A stretch of 64,000 nucleotides of DNA from Octopus sinensis (lineage: Eukaryota), in the NCBI RefSeq assembly GCF_006345805.1, contig NC_042999.1, forward strand, positions 1,860,001 to 1,924,000, given 5' to 3'. Numbering within the stretch: the first letter of the stretch is position 1; each line of letters opens with the position of its first letter. This document shows, one piece after another, positions 25,414 to 39,619 of the stretch. The notes under the pieces are model-generated. The model was not told the DNA's origin. It ran no database searches and saw nothing but the letters and a program-made list of their open reading frames with translations. Both the position numbers and the translations under genes were made by a program.

Positions 25414-25901
25414 CCTTCTATCTATAAATGCTCTAATATCTATACAGCCTTGATTTTTTTTACCTCATCATGCAAAACATTCATATATACATATATACAT
25501 ACGTATATACGCAGACAAATATATAAGTGAATACAGATAGATGTAATAAAGATCACTGTCAAAGGTGTGTGGTATTTTTATAGCTTTAGTGGAGTTTTCC
25601 TTCATGTAATTGATTGTCTATAGATACATAACAACTGATTGTCCTATATTATATTTATAGATAAATTCCTCTATTTACATGATACCGAGGTCGCATTCAT
25701 TCTTTTGTTGTCATATTATTATTGTTAATCAAGTATAATCAGCCGAAACTGCGAGGATAATCTGGTGCTTGACTGAGGAAAGAAAACTTCAAATGACCCA
25801 TCCCTGTTTTCTTTGTATCGTCTATCTGGATGTTTTGTTGTCCCATTTTTGTATCACCTAGCTGTCCGGATGTTTTGCGTTCTTGTCCCATTTTGTATTA
25901 C

Positions 25902-25931
<30 letters not shown>

Positions 25932-25932
<1 letters not shown>

Positions 25933-26705
25933 GGCGCAGGAGTGGCTGTGTGGTAAGTAGCTTGCTAACCAACCTCATGGTTCCGGGTTCAGTCCCACTG
26001 CGTGGGATCTTGGGCAAGTGTCTTCTGCTATAGCCCCGGGCCGACCAATGCCTTGTGAGTGGATTTGGTAGGTGGAAACTGAAAGAAGCCTGTCGTATAT
26101 ATGTATATATATATATGTATGTGTGTTTGTGTGTCTGTGTTTGTCCCCCTAGCATTGCTTGACAACTGATGCTGGTGTGTTTACGTCCCCGTCACTTAGC
26201 GGTTCGGCAAAAAGAGACCGATAGAATAAGTACTGGGCTTACAAAGAATAAGTCCCGGGGTCGATTTGCTCGACTAAAGGCGGTGCTCCAGCATGGCCGC
26301 AGTCAAATGACTGAAACAAGTAAAAAGAGAAAAAGAGAAAAAAGAGAAATAGATATATACATATATAGGCGCAGGAGTGGCTGTGTGGTAAGTAGCTTGC
26401 TTACCAGCCACATGGTTCCGGGTTCAGTCACACTGCGTGACAACCTTGGGCAAGTGTCTTCTACTATTGCCTCGGGCAGACCAAAGCCTTGTGAGTGGAT
26501 TTGGTAGATGGAAACTGAAAGAAGCCCCTCGTATATATGTATATATATGTGTGTGTGTGTTCGTATGTCTGTGTTTGTCCCCCAACATCGCTTGACAACC
26601 GATAGAATAAGTACTAGGCTTCCAAAGAATAAGCCCTGGGGTCGATTTGCTCGACTAAAAGGTGGTGCTCCAGCATGGCCGCAGTCAAATGACTAAAACA
26701 AGTGG
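25932..26705 (+). mobile_element. Two adjacent S1 SINE copies (25932-26335, 26367-26705)
   Basis: Both begin TAGGCGCAGGAGTGGCTGTGTGGTAAGTAGCTTGC; the second has an internal deletion. Confidence 0.9.
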
Positions 26706-27101
26706 GTATAGGAGACCTATTGAGTCAAGTGCATCAACATCAAACTAAAAATCAATTGGAAATTGTAGTTGTGATACCCGTGCTGGTGGCACGTAAAAAG
26801 CACCATCTGAATATGGCTGATGCCAGTGCCACCTTGACTAGCTTCCATGCCGGTGGCATGTAAAAAGCACCAGCCGATCTTGGCCATTGCCAGCCTCTTC
26901 TGGCCCCTGTGCCAGTGGAATGTAAGAAGCACCCACTACACTCACGGAGTGGTTGGCGTTAGGAAAGGGCATCCAGCTGTAGAAACACTGCTAGATCAGA
27001 CTGGAGCCTGGTGCAGCCTCCTGGCTTCCTAGACCCCGGTCAAACCATCCAACCCAAGCTAGCATGGAAAATGGACGTTAAACGATGATGATGATATATA
27101 T

Positions 27102-27345
27102 ACGTTTTATTTATTATTTTGCACATTACTTAATCATCGTTATATGTTTTATCTTATATTTAATTTTTCTATAATATGTAATTTTCTAGATAGTATAATT
27201 TAATTTTTCATTATTGAATTGATAAAAGGTGTTTTTTTTTCTAATTTATATATGTATATTACATTTTGTGAAATTTGATTTAGTATTTCTAAATTGAATT
27301 TTTCCCTGTAAGTTTGGAATAATATTCCCTCATATTATCATTATA
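27102..27345. repeat. AT-rich dispersed repeat; second copy at 54764-55000
   Basis: Colinear similarity (TTGCACATTACTTAATC...GATTTAGTATTTCTAAATTGAATTTT...ATTCCCTCA). The second copy has an added inverted repeat at 54724-54755 / 54873-54903. Confidence 0.75.
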
Positions 27346-28934
27346 TATATATATAGGGAGAGACAAACAGGGAAATAAGCAGACAGATAGACATACAGCT
27401 GGTAAGACAGAGCAATAGAGAGAGAGAGAGAACATACCTGTTCCTTTTAATTAGAATAAAAATTTATCAATGCTGCTTCAGTTGTTATTGTAACGACCGA
27501 TTCTGAGGAATTCATTAAAAGAACATTAATGAAGCCATTGCCAAGGTCAATTACTTGAACCTTATTTTCTTTGAATTCAATTTTGCTTCATTTTCAAAAA
27601 TTACCCACCTCTGATTTTACGTATCGACCAATCACCACTAAATATCGTATTGCGTTTAGTTTTAATTCGTTTCTATTTTTAATTGATATTCTAGTTATTC
27701 ATTCGTTTATTTACTAAACACTAACGGCTAACAGCGATATTAGAGACATCAAGCAGAATAATGCCCAACAATTAACGAGCCATTATAAATTCAATTACGA
27801 CTGACTTTTGAACAATTTCATTACTTATTTCGAGAACGATATTCTCTCTGATCTTATCACCTGTTTGATATCCTGATATCACTATATCGCTTCAACAACC
27901 GCCAGTGTCGCTGACGTCTTTGCCCTAGCCATTGCCGCTGCCATCATAGCCACCCCCTCATCATCATCATCAACATCAGGGTCACCCTCATCATCACTAT
28001 CATTATCATCATCATCGTTGTCATCACCATCTTCACCACCACCATCATCATCACCATCAACACCACAACCACCACCACTGTCATCATCATCACCACCACC
28101 ACTAACAACACCACCATCAACACCGTCATCATCAACACCACCATCACCACCACCACCATCATCAGCAGCACCACTATCAGCACCACCATCAACACCATCA
28201 CCACCACCATCATCATCACCACCACTATCAGCATCACCATCATCACCCCCAACATCACCACGACTACCACCACCACTACCAGAACGTTTGTTTTTGTTGT
28301 TTTCTGGTCTTCCTCCCTATTTTTCTTTTTTTTTTGGTTTCTGTTTTCGTTCTTATTTGGATTAATTCTTCTTGAAAGGCAGTATGATCTTCCATGCTGA
28401 AAATCAATCATTTTTGTTTCTTTGATTTTTAGCATTTTTTTCTTTCCTGATTTTATGGCATCAAACACAGTTCGAAAAATGTGTCACTGAAGCTGTGTGA
28501 CCTAATGCTCTCCATGATGATAGAACACTAAATTATATGGAAATAATTTATCAGGAAGCTTTATAATGATCTTTCTAATGTATAGCTTTTATCTGTACCT
28601 CATTACTTTTTATGCCATATTTACATTCAAGTGTAGTTTAAAGGAATGCTGATGGTGAATAACTTTGAACATTATCTCTGATTTGGGGTTGATAATATCC
28701 TAATGCATCTTCCATCATTGCGTTCATTACGGTCTCATAGTAACTGAGCCTTTTTAACTCTTTTATCTTCATAGTCAACCATATGGTTTCTTTATGAAAA
28801 CCACATGAGTTTCAACTCTGTCTAGCTGTATGGCAACTAGGGCAATTATGTTCTGGAATAGCCCCAGGTTCTCCAAAGCCTTCTGAAAAGATTTTGTAGC
28901 TGGAAAATGAAAGGATCCCTTTGTACCTATACCG

Positions 28935-29305
28935 TCATCATCATCATTTTTCGACCGTGGTCGAGACGATGGAATTTACTATGTTACGCCAGACTTCACG
29001 GTTCATTATAGCATTATGGAGGTCCTGTTGCTGGATGCCTGTATCCCTGGAGATTACAGCACCCTCTGGTATCGCGATACCAGATGGCTTCCAGAGGAGA
29101 AGATAGAAATTACCTTGTTTTCAACTCTACAACAATGTCCAGCAAACTGGACTCTTCTACCTTTCACAAGAGATGATACAGGTAGTAGTTTCCCATATAT
29201 TTGTACTTTGGTTGGATGATGCTCTCATAAGGAGGCGAGTGTAAGTTCCATCCAACCGCCTCTCAAGCTTCTTTGATAATATCCAGGTTTCTGAGCCATA
29301 TAGTA
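28935..29305 (-). pseudogene. RTE-clade LINE 3' fragment (ORF2 C-terminus plus (TGA)n tail)
   Basis: Minus-strand translation contains LLYGSETWILSKKLERRLDGTYTRLLMRA, PVSSLVKGRRVQFAGHC and NREVWRNIVNSIVST, then tga repeats; frameshifted. Confidence 0.75.
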
Positions 29306-29481
29306 GAATTGTAAATAATTGTAAGTTATGGAATTTACAATTAACTTATACCGTAATAACTCATCGTCATTTAATGTCTGTGTTCTGTGGTGGAACACAG
29401 ACTAGTCTGAGGGTTGCGTTGGTCATCAGTGTTGCCCTTGATAAGGTTTCTTTGGCTGGATGCCCTCACCAATGTCAATAT

Positions 29482-29865
29482 AGGTGCAGGAGTGGCTGTG
29501 TGGTAAGTAACTTGCTTACTAACCACATGGTTCCGGGTTCATTCCCACTGCATGGCACCTTGGGCAAGTATCTTCTACTATAACCTCAAGCCGACCAAAG
29601 CCTTGTGAGGGGATTTGGTAGATGGAAACTGAAAGAAGCCCATCATATACATGCATATGTATATATGTGTGTTTGTCTCCCCAACATCGCTTGACAACCG
29701 ATGCTGGTGTGTTTAGATCCCTGTAACTTAGCGGTTTGGCAAAAGAGACCGATAGAATAAGTACTAGGCTTACAAAGAATAAGTCCTGGTGGCGATTTGC
29801 TCGACTAAAGGTGGTGCTCCAGCATGGCCTCAGTCAAATGACTGAAACAAGTAAAAGCGTAAAAG
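29482..29865 (+). mobile_element. SINE family S1, full length
   Basis: Head, CORE-like CCTTGGGCAAG and tail all present. Confidence 0.9.
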
Positions 29866-30131
29866 AGTTGTAATAGCTACAATCACTACGGGAATCAAAT
29901 GTGTTTGAAAAACACAAGTTGTGATTTCATGTAAGTTCATTTTAAGCTGGTCAAAGTCATATGTGTTTAATGAAGAGCTGACTGTTTCATATACTTAAGA
30001 CTACCACTCAGAAATAACAGCTTGAATCAAATGTTTACATTTTGAAGAATTTTACTGGAAACGGCTGTTGAAGTTTTTTGCGGCTAAAACTGAAATTACT
30101 GGTAACTATAAGTCATTTTCACAAAGCAGAA

Positions 30132-30164
<33 letters not shown>

Positions 30165-30548
30165 GTTTAACGTCCACTTTCCATGCTAGCATGGGTTGGA
30201 CGATTTGACTGAGGGCTGGTGAACCAGATGGCTACACCAGGCTCCAATCTGATCTGGCAGAGTTTCTACAGCTGGATGCTCTTCCTAATGCCAACCACTC
30301 CGAGAGTGTAGTGGGTGCTTTTACGTACCACCGGCACGAGGGCCAGTCAGGCAGTACTTGCAGCAGCCATGCTCAAATGGTGCCTGTCAGGTGCCTCCTG
30401 CAAAGGAGCCAGTTCAGCGGCACTGGCAACAACATTGCTCAGATGTTTTTTCGCGTGCCACCAGCACAAGTGCCATTATTCTATGTTTAAACCAGGATAG
30501 AAAAATATTAGATTTATAAGCCCTAAAATTCACTCCATACTTGCCAAC

Positions 30549-30968
30549 GAGCATATGGCGTAGTGGTTAAGACCGTGGGCTACTAACCCCAAGATTCCGA
30601 GTTTGATTCCAGGCAATGACCTGAATAATAATAATAATAATAATAATAACATAGAAAAATACCTTAGGAATGAGAACCCAGGTTCGAAATTTCCCCAAGA
30701 CACCTGATGAAAGCTGGAGGTTATATCAACCGATACATTGTGTTAACAGCAAACAAGATACCCTTGCTCTTTACGTTTTTACTTGCTTCAGTTATTTGGC
30801 TGCAGCCATGCTGGAGTACCACCTTTAGTTGAAGAAATTGACCCCAGGGCTTATTCTTTGTAAACCTAGTACTTATTCTATCGGTTTCTTTTGCTGAACC
30901 TCTAAGTTACGGGGACAAATAGATGAGGACAAATATCCATCAAATGTAAATAATGTAAATAATGTACA
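30549..30968 (+). mobile_element. S5 element (tRNA head + HHR motif), split by an S1 fragment at ~30760-30918
   Basis: ATGGCGTAGTGGTTAAGACCGTGGGCTACTAACCCCAAGATTCCGAGTTTGATTCC, (AAT)n, GACAC-CTGATGA-AAGCTG..CAACC-GATA-CATT-GTGTT (30699-30744); the tail resumes at 30921. Confidence 0.75.
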
Positions 30969-33822
30969 GTAATTCTGAACATTTTTAATATCTGGGCCTG
31001 AACCAAAACCTGGATATTTTTAGGGGGTGCAGCAAAAGAAAGAAACATCATATTTATAGAGGGAACACCATCAGAAGCTACTGGAAGAGTGCTTGAAGGC
31101 TGTATAGCCCCTAGAAGCTGTGGTTCTGAACAAAACAATTTTTTGTGATTCCTAATCACATTCTCTGAAGAAAAGGAAAAAAAAATCCATTCCATGATTT
31201 TTCTCCAAACTGTAGTTATTTCCATATTTAATGAAATGTCTCACTTCATAAAATGTTTAATTAATAAGTCACGGATTACGTCATACTGATGATTTCTAAA
31301 AAAAGAGAATGATCATCAATGCCTAAACGATTAGATATGCAAATTCTATTGATCCTTTTAATTGTAGTTCCTTAATTTCAATTTCAAATTTCTAATCCTG
31401 CTTCATACTATGATAAAATCATTACCTCCCTTGTAAAACTGATGGCCACTAGGGGAAGCATGTGTGTCATAAAAAATGTGATACTCTGTCAGTTATGGCA
31501 ACAAGAGTTCAGTTGATCTGATCAACGGACAGCATCCCCGTTAAATTAACGTGCAAGTGGATGAGCACTTCACAGACATGCGTACCCTAATGTAGTTCCC
31601 AAGGAGATTCAATCTGACAAGGTTGGTCCTTTTCAATTTTGGGTACAACTCATTTTTGCCAGCTGAATGGACTGGAGCAAAGCAAAATAAAGTGTCTTGC
31701 TCAAGGACAAAGCACCGGTGGGAATTGAACTGATGACCTTACAATCGTGAGCCAAATGCCCTAACAATGAAGCCACATGCTTTTACATGTCATGAAAATA
31801 TAGCAAAAGATGACTAAGCTTGCTTCCTAATCACATGGTTCTGTGTTCAATCCCACTGGGGGACACCTTTAGCAAGTGTCTTCTAATATACCTTCAGATT
31901 TACCTAAGCCTTGTGAGTGGATTTAGAGGATGGAAACTGAAAGAAGCCCATCGTATATGTGTGTGTATGCATTTGTGTGTCGGTGTTTGTTCCCCCACCA
32001 TTGCTTGACGACCTATGCTGGTGCGTTTAAGTTCCTGTCACTTAGTGGTTCAGCAAAAGGAAACCGACAGAATAAGTACTAGGCCAACAAAGAATGGTCG
32101 ATTTGTTTGACTAAAAGGCGGTGCTCCAGCATGGCCACAGTCAAAATGACTGAAGCAAGTAAAAGAATAAAAGAATAAAAAAAACAGTGGTCTGGATCAA
32201 CTTCGAAACCCATGTGATAATGCCATTCCCAGTCTTGGATTTCGAAACCATTCAAAATATTCAAAATGTTAAAATAGCAAATTTGGATTGGGAAAACCAT
32301 TAGAACATCATCATCATCATCATCGTTTAATGTCTGCCTTCCATGCTAGCATGGATTGGATGATTTGACTGAGGACTGTCAAACCATATGGTTGCACAAG
32401 GCTCCAATCTTGATCTAGCAGAGTTTCTACAGCTGGATGCCCTTCCTAACACCAACCACTCTGAGAGTGTAGTGGGTGCTTTTACGTGCCACCAGCACGA
32501 GGGCCAGTCAGGCAGTACTGGCAACGGCCATGAAAAAGTCGTTTATTCTATTCATCTTTTACGTGTCACCTGCACACCGGCACTAATTAAAAATGATTAA
32601 TGGGAAGAGTTCTGAATTTCTCCTTTCTGAGTTCAAATCCTTTGATGTTCAACTTTGTCTTTCATTGCTTTGGGATCAACAAAATAAAGAATTAGTCATG
32701 TAGGGGTTTCCATGTAATCGATTAAGCCAGAGGTTCTCAAACTTTTGGATGAACTGGCTGAACCATTAGCACGGCTGACAAAAGTGCTCAGTGGCATTTT
32801 TCTCTGCTCTTTACATTCTGAGTTCAAATACCATTGAGGTCAAGTCTGCTTTTCATCCTTCTGGGGGTTCATTAAAATTCCATACCAGTGAAGTCATACG
32901 TTTGATGTTACCCACTTGCACTGTTCCTCCAAAAATCGGTGACCCTGAACCAACTCTAGATTTCTGGTATTGCATAGATATTTGTAGAGACAATTATCTT
33001 GTATCTTTCACTTGTTTCAGTCATTAGACTGTGACCATGTTAGGGCACCGCCTTGAAGAATTTTTAGTCAAATGAATCAACCGTAGTACTTATTTTTTTA
33101 AAGCCTGATGATATTATGATAAGTCACTTTTCCCATACTGCTAATTCACAGGGATGTAAGCGAACCAACACCGGTTGTCAAGTAGGGGTAGGTGGACAAA
33201 CAGAGACAGAGGCTCACAAATAAATATGCATAGATACATATACTTTTTTACTCTAGGCACAAGGCCCGAAATTTTGGGGGAGGGGGGCCAGTCGATTAGA
33301 TCGACCCCAGTATGCAACTGGTACTTAATTTATCGACCCTGAGAGGATGAAAGACAAAGTCAACCTCACCGGAATTTGAACTCAGAACATAAAGACAGAT
33401 GAAATACCACTAAGCATTTTGCCCAGAATGCTAACAATTCTGCAAGCTCACCGCCATACATAGATACATGTACACACACATAGATACATATATGATTGAT
33501 TTCTATCAGTTTTTGTCAGCTAAATTAACTTGCAAGGCTTTGATCGGCCCAAGGCTATAAAAGAAAACATATGCTCAAAGTGAAGTATAGGGGTATTGAA
33601 CTTGGAACCATGTGGTTGGGATGCAAGCTTCTTACCACATAGCTACGCATGCACCTATTAATACAGAATTAGTTCAGAATCTGTAAACAAGCAGGTTGTT
33701 ATTTTTTATTGCACTAAATGTTGATACTGAGAAATACAAATATATTTATATTTGTGTGTGTTTGTGAATGTATGTGTGTGTGTGTGTGTGTACGGGTGTG
33801 TGTATGAACTTGTGTGTGCATT

Positions 33823-33864
<42 letters not shown>

Positions 33865-36735
33865 AAATTTGCTACATCAAAGGTGAGGAAAATAATTAAA
33901 TGTCCATCAATAAATTTTGAAACAATTAAAGAAATAAACACCTCGATTGTAGCTTTATATTTTTCATCATGCTCGCACATTATCATCATCACCACCACCA
34001 CCACCACCATCAACATTAACATCATCACCACCATCATCATCACCACCAACACCACCACCACCAACATCATCATTAACACTACCATCATCATCAACACCTC
34101 CATCATCATCACCACCACCACCACCACCACCATCCTTATCATTGATTATCGCTGTTTTAGTCAATATACGTTATTGCTGTTGCTGTTGTTGTTATTATTA
34201 TTATCATTATAATTATTATTATTACTATTAAAAGTGGCGAACTGGCAGAGTTGTTACGATTCCGGATGAAATGCTTAGTGGCATTACATCCATGTTTACA
34301 TTCTGAGCATTCAGCCAAGGTCAACTTCGCGTTTTATTCTTGCATGCCAATTAAAATAAGTACCAGTCGATTACTAGCGTCGATTTAATTGACCAGACCC
34401 CTCCCCTAAAAAAAACTGCTGACCTTGTGCTAGTGCTTAAAACTAGGCGAGCTGGCAGAATTGTTAGCACGCCGGGTGAAATGCTTAGCAGTGTTTCGTC
34501 TGCCGCTACGTTCTGAGTTCAAATTCTGCCGAGGTCAACTTTGGCTTTCATCCTTTCGAGATCGATAAATTAAGTACCGGTTACACACTGGGGTCGATGT
34601 AATTGACTTAAACCCTTTGTCTGTCCTTGTTTGCCCTCTCTATGGTTAGCTCCTTGTGGGCAATAAGGAAATAAGAAATATGTTGTAATATTGCATAATC
34701 ATAAAGCAGTGAGCTGGTAGAATCATTAGCCTGCAGGAAAAATGCTTAGCAGCATTTCGTTCGTCTTTATGTTCTGAGTTCAAATTCTACCAATGTCCAC
34801 TTTGCCCTTTATCCTTCTGGGGTCAATAAATTAAATACCAGTTGAGCAACGGGTTTGAGGTAATTGATTTATTCCCCACCCCGCAGTATTGATGACTTTG
34901 TGCTAAATTTTGAAGTCATTATTACATAATTATTATTTCTATTCATGATGTGGCTGAACTATGTATTGCTGAAACGATCACAATGAAGGAATAGAATTAA
35001 TACCAACACCTCCATTCTTATTTCTTTACTGCCCACAAGGGGTTAAACACTGAGGGACAAACAAGGACAGATAACGGATTAAGTTGATTACATCGACCTC
35101 AGTGCATAACTGGTACCTAATTTATCAACCCCGAAAGGATGAAAGGCAAAGTCGACCTCGGCGAAATTTGAACTCAGAATGTAACAGCAGATGAAATACC
35201 AGGAAGTATTTCGCCCAGCGTGCTAACGATTCTGCCAGCTCGCCACCATCACCTCCATTCTGGTGCTTACTACATATGTATGTGTTTGCATAGAAATATA
35301 TGTATATTTGTCAGTATGTGTGTGTGTGTGTATGTATGTGCATTGTGCACATGTGTGTGTGCATTGCATGCATGTGTGTGTGTATATGTGTGCATTTGTT
35401 TCAGTATTACTCTCCATGTTTCTCTTATTTTGATACCATTTGCAAAACAGCAACATATACCTATGTTCCATAATTTAGCCATTATACAAACTGGTATCGA
35501 TAAAATAAGCTTCAAACACCTCCAGCATGGTGCTCCAGCATGGTGCTCCAGCATGGTGCTCCAGCATGGTAGCAATACACCAAATAAAAACTAGAAATAT
35601 ACCATAAAAACTTTTATAACAATATTTCCTGTCCCCTTTCTTTCTCATTTATATAACAGGTAGTAGAGGCGCAATGGCCTAGTGGTTAGGACAATGAACT
35701 CGCTGTCGTAGGATCGCAGTTTCAATTCCCAGACCAGGCATTTCGAGCGAAAACACCCAAAGATCCACGAGGCTCCGGCAGGGGGTGGTAGTGAACCCTG
35801 CTGTACTTTTTCACCACAACCTTCTCTCACTCTTTCTTCCTGTTTCTGTGGTACCTGTATTTCAAAGGGGCCATCCTTGTCACACTGTATCTCCCCATGA
35901 ACTACGTTAAGGGTACACATGCCTGTGGGGTGCTCAGCTACTTGCACGTTAATTTCACGAGCAGACTGTTCCAGTGATCGGATCAACTGGAACTCTCGTC
36001 GTCGTAACTGACAGAGTGCCATGATATAAAACATGTATATTTACTCCTTTGTTTCTTCCTTCTTGTTGACCTTACCAATTCCATTAATAGAACAACCACT
36101 GTCAACCTCTCCACCACCACTCTATTTTATCTTCCTCCATCAACATCATTTTCCTTCTAAACCATCCTCACTGTTAACTTCACATTATTTTTTATTTATG
36201 CACACACCTATATACACACACCTATATACACACACCTATATACACACACCTATATACACAGAAGTTTGCACATAAACGCACCTATAAAAACACACATATA
36301 GACACATATAAACACATATAAACACACCTATATACACATACCTATATACACAGATATATACCTATATACACAGATATACACCTATATACACACACCTATA
36401 TACACAGAAGTTTGCACATGAACGCTCAAGCCATCAGTTTACAGAGAAACCTACAGACCCCTCACTCACACACATACACACACAATGCAGTATATTCCGC
36501 TGTAACATTTGAAGAGCTGATGCCTCTCCCAAATCTACAGCCAAAGCAAAAATGTATTGAAAATTTAATCCAAAGCATAGGTTTATACACACAAGAATAA
36601 ATGAACATAAAGAACACACACACACACACACATTTCTGCATATATACATGTGTGTGTGTATGTATATGAATATATATATATATATATATGTATGTATGCA
36701 TAAGTATAAACATATATGTAACATGGGCATATACT

Positions 36736-36767
<32 letters not shown>

Positions 36768-36798
36768 TATATGCATATATACACAGATATACATATGC

Positions 36799-36836
<38 letters not shown>

Positions 36837-36888
36837 GCTCATAAATATACACATATATATGCATATATATATATATATATCTATATAG

Positions 36889-36926
<38 letters not shown>

Positions 36927-36933
36927 TATATAT

Positions 36934-36974
<41 letters not shown>

Positions 36975-37001
36975 TATATATATAGATGATAGATAGAAGA
37001 G

Positions 37002-37044
<43 letters not shown>

Positions 37045-37843
37045 ATGATAGATAGATAGATAGATCAACAGATAGAGTGAGAGAGAGAGAGATGTAGACT
37101 ACCACACACACATCCATGTATACACATAACTTTTATTTCATCCTTTGAAATCCAATACTAAACCAGTTAGTTAAGACATGCCAATATCCGATATAGATGC
37201 GTTTACAGTGCAAGTTGATATTTTGCCGATAGTAATAGCTACCATTATGCTAAAGGCACGGCTCTCCTGTACTGTTTCAATACTAGACATTTTCGACTTA
37301 CAATAAAATCTTGCCTAATGAATATTCATGAAGGACTTATAAACTTTAATGTTTAAAAGGTGAGGCGATAAATCAAGCAATTGCATATGCAAGCATGAAT
37401 AGAATTCTCGGTATGAATTGCATTAAATTGTAAATATGGCTATTGTCGTTAGCACAGTTTATCTGTGTAGTTAGCTTTCCATTCACTCAGCAGAAACGAT
37501 GTACAGTGAGTTTGCAAAAGAGTTCCGTTCGTTCGCACACGTTTTGTCTCACTCTCTTCTCTTTTGTCTTTCATGATCTTTCTCTTTTCTTTCTTTCTTT
37601 CTTTTGCTCCTTCTCTCTCTTTCTTTCTTTCCATCTTCCTTTATTTCTTTCATTCTTCATTTTTCTGCTGTCCCTGCCTGCCTGTCTCACTCACTCTCTC
37701 TCTCTCTCTTATTTTCACATTAATACACTACTTCTCGGATATACATAGATGCAGCACTTTTATGTAGCAATAACTTCTTTCCTTTTTTCCTGTGATTTTA
37801 TGCAAGTTTTTGAACATGTATACATACATACAAACATACATAT

Positions 37844-37904
<61 letters not shown>

Positions 37905-38050
37905 CACATATATATATAGATCATATTTGTACCTATAACACACATGCATACATATATCGGTATATCCATGTAGATATTGGTGCACATACACAAACTTACA
38001 TATGTATATATATATACTTACATATAATTTGCCTCTGTGCGTGTGTGTCT

Positions 38051-38107
<57 letters not shown>

Positions 38108-38915
38108 TGTATCTATGCAAAAAAGAAAGTGGTAGATATTTAGAGAGACAGAAAGTGAAGTGAGATTTCAAAGCATTCCTGCACAGACCAATCCATGTAA
38201 TGGTGATATGATATCGAGTTTTAAATTATTGAAATATATTCCTCCATTATAAGTAGAGTGTTGTCAATGGCCCAGCCCATAGAGGGTTGGCTGTACCATC
38301 AACGGAAACGTCAAGGTTTCAAATCTTACCACCAATATTTTTAGCCAAAACAGATATTAATAACTTTGTTTGCATATCTCTGGTGAAACACGTTGCCTTT
38401 GTAGACTCAGATATTGTATAGTTGCGAGATGGCTAAGTGGTCCAGACTAAAACATCTTTCATTGTTGGTGAACTGACTCAGAGTTGATACATTAATAGAA
38501 ATAAAAGCAAAATAATAATTAGGCCCCAATTAATTCTTGGTGGAAAGTGAGGTAAATACAGAGTTTCAGCCAAGTTAATAAATCGTAAGTTTATCAAAAG
38601 TTCCTTTTCATAAATCATTGATCAATTGTCCTCAATATTATTGATCTGCAATAAGTTTCCAGTTCATTGGCAACGAATTAATTTAACACAGCATAGAAGT
38701 CATTCATCTGTGATATCAGGCACTTAGATTATGTACGGATGATGGCTTAAGTCATAAAAAGATTACTGTGAAGTGAAGAATACTATCATATGTGCATATG
38801 CGAAGTGCTTGACCGAAAGAGTGGAGATGAGACAATCGAACCTTGAGCAGCTTCAGTAAGAGATTAACGAGTCTCTGCAAGTAGCAAAAGACAAAATTAA
38901 ACTATTTTCTATACC

Positions 38916-39145
38916 TATTTCTTTATTACCCACAAGGGGCTAAACATAGAGGGGACAAACAAGGACAGACATAGGTATTATGTCGATTACATCGACCCCA
39001 GTGCGTAACTGGTACTTAATTTATCGACCCCGAAAGGATGAAAGGCAAAGTCGACCTCGGTGGAATTTGAACTCACAACGTAGCGGCAGACGAAGTACCG
39101 CAAAGCATTTCGCCCGGTGTGCTAACGCTTCTGCTAGCTCGCCGC
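38916..39145 (-). mobile_element. S2 SINE with 12-bp target-site duplication
   Basis: ATTTTCTATACC at 38904-38915 and 39146-39157. Confidence 0.9.
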
Positions 39146-39619
39146 ATTTTCTATACCACTGTCACCAGAGGTCATTGAAATAGGGGAGCAAAAAGCCAAA
39201 GAGTTCCTGCCTTTTGCACTAAGCAGGCCATAAACTACGACCATCAGTTCTTTCCTACGGTCTTGCTGCAATGGGAGGAAGAAGATTGAAAAAATATAGG
39301 AGTGAAGCACCAACCGACCGTGGCCGTCGCCAGCCTCCTCTGGCACCTGTGCCGGTGGCACGTAAAAAGCACCCACTACACTCACAGAGTGGTTGGCGTT
39401 AGGAAGGGCATCCAGCTGTAGAAACACTGTGAGATCAGACTGGAGCCTGGTGCAGCCTCCTGGTTTCCCAGACCCCGGTCGAACCGTCCAACCCATGCTA
39501 GCATGGAAAACAGACGTTAAACGATGATGGTGAATATGAGGATGATGATGATAGAAGTCAGGAGAGATGATAATAGAAAAAAATGCAAGGACAGGAAGGA
39601 ATGAAACCCACATAAAAGT

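Noticed and set aside
28512-28655. C/D-box snoRNA candidate (ATGATGA...CTGA)
   Set aside because: ATGATGA is ubiquitous here, the terminal stem is only ~3 bp, and no guide complementarity was recognised.
30549-30620. tRNA-like sequences (also the S1, S2 and S3 heads) as functional tRNA genes
   Set aside because: Acceptor and anticodon stems are incomplete, and each continues into a SINE body.
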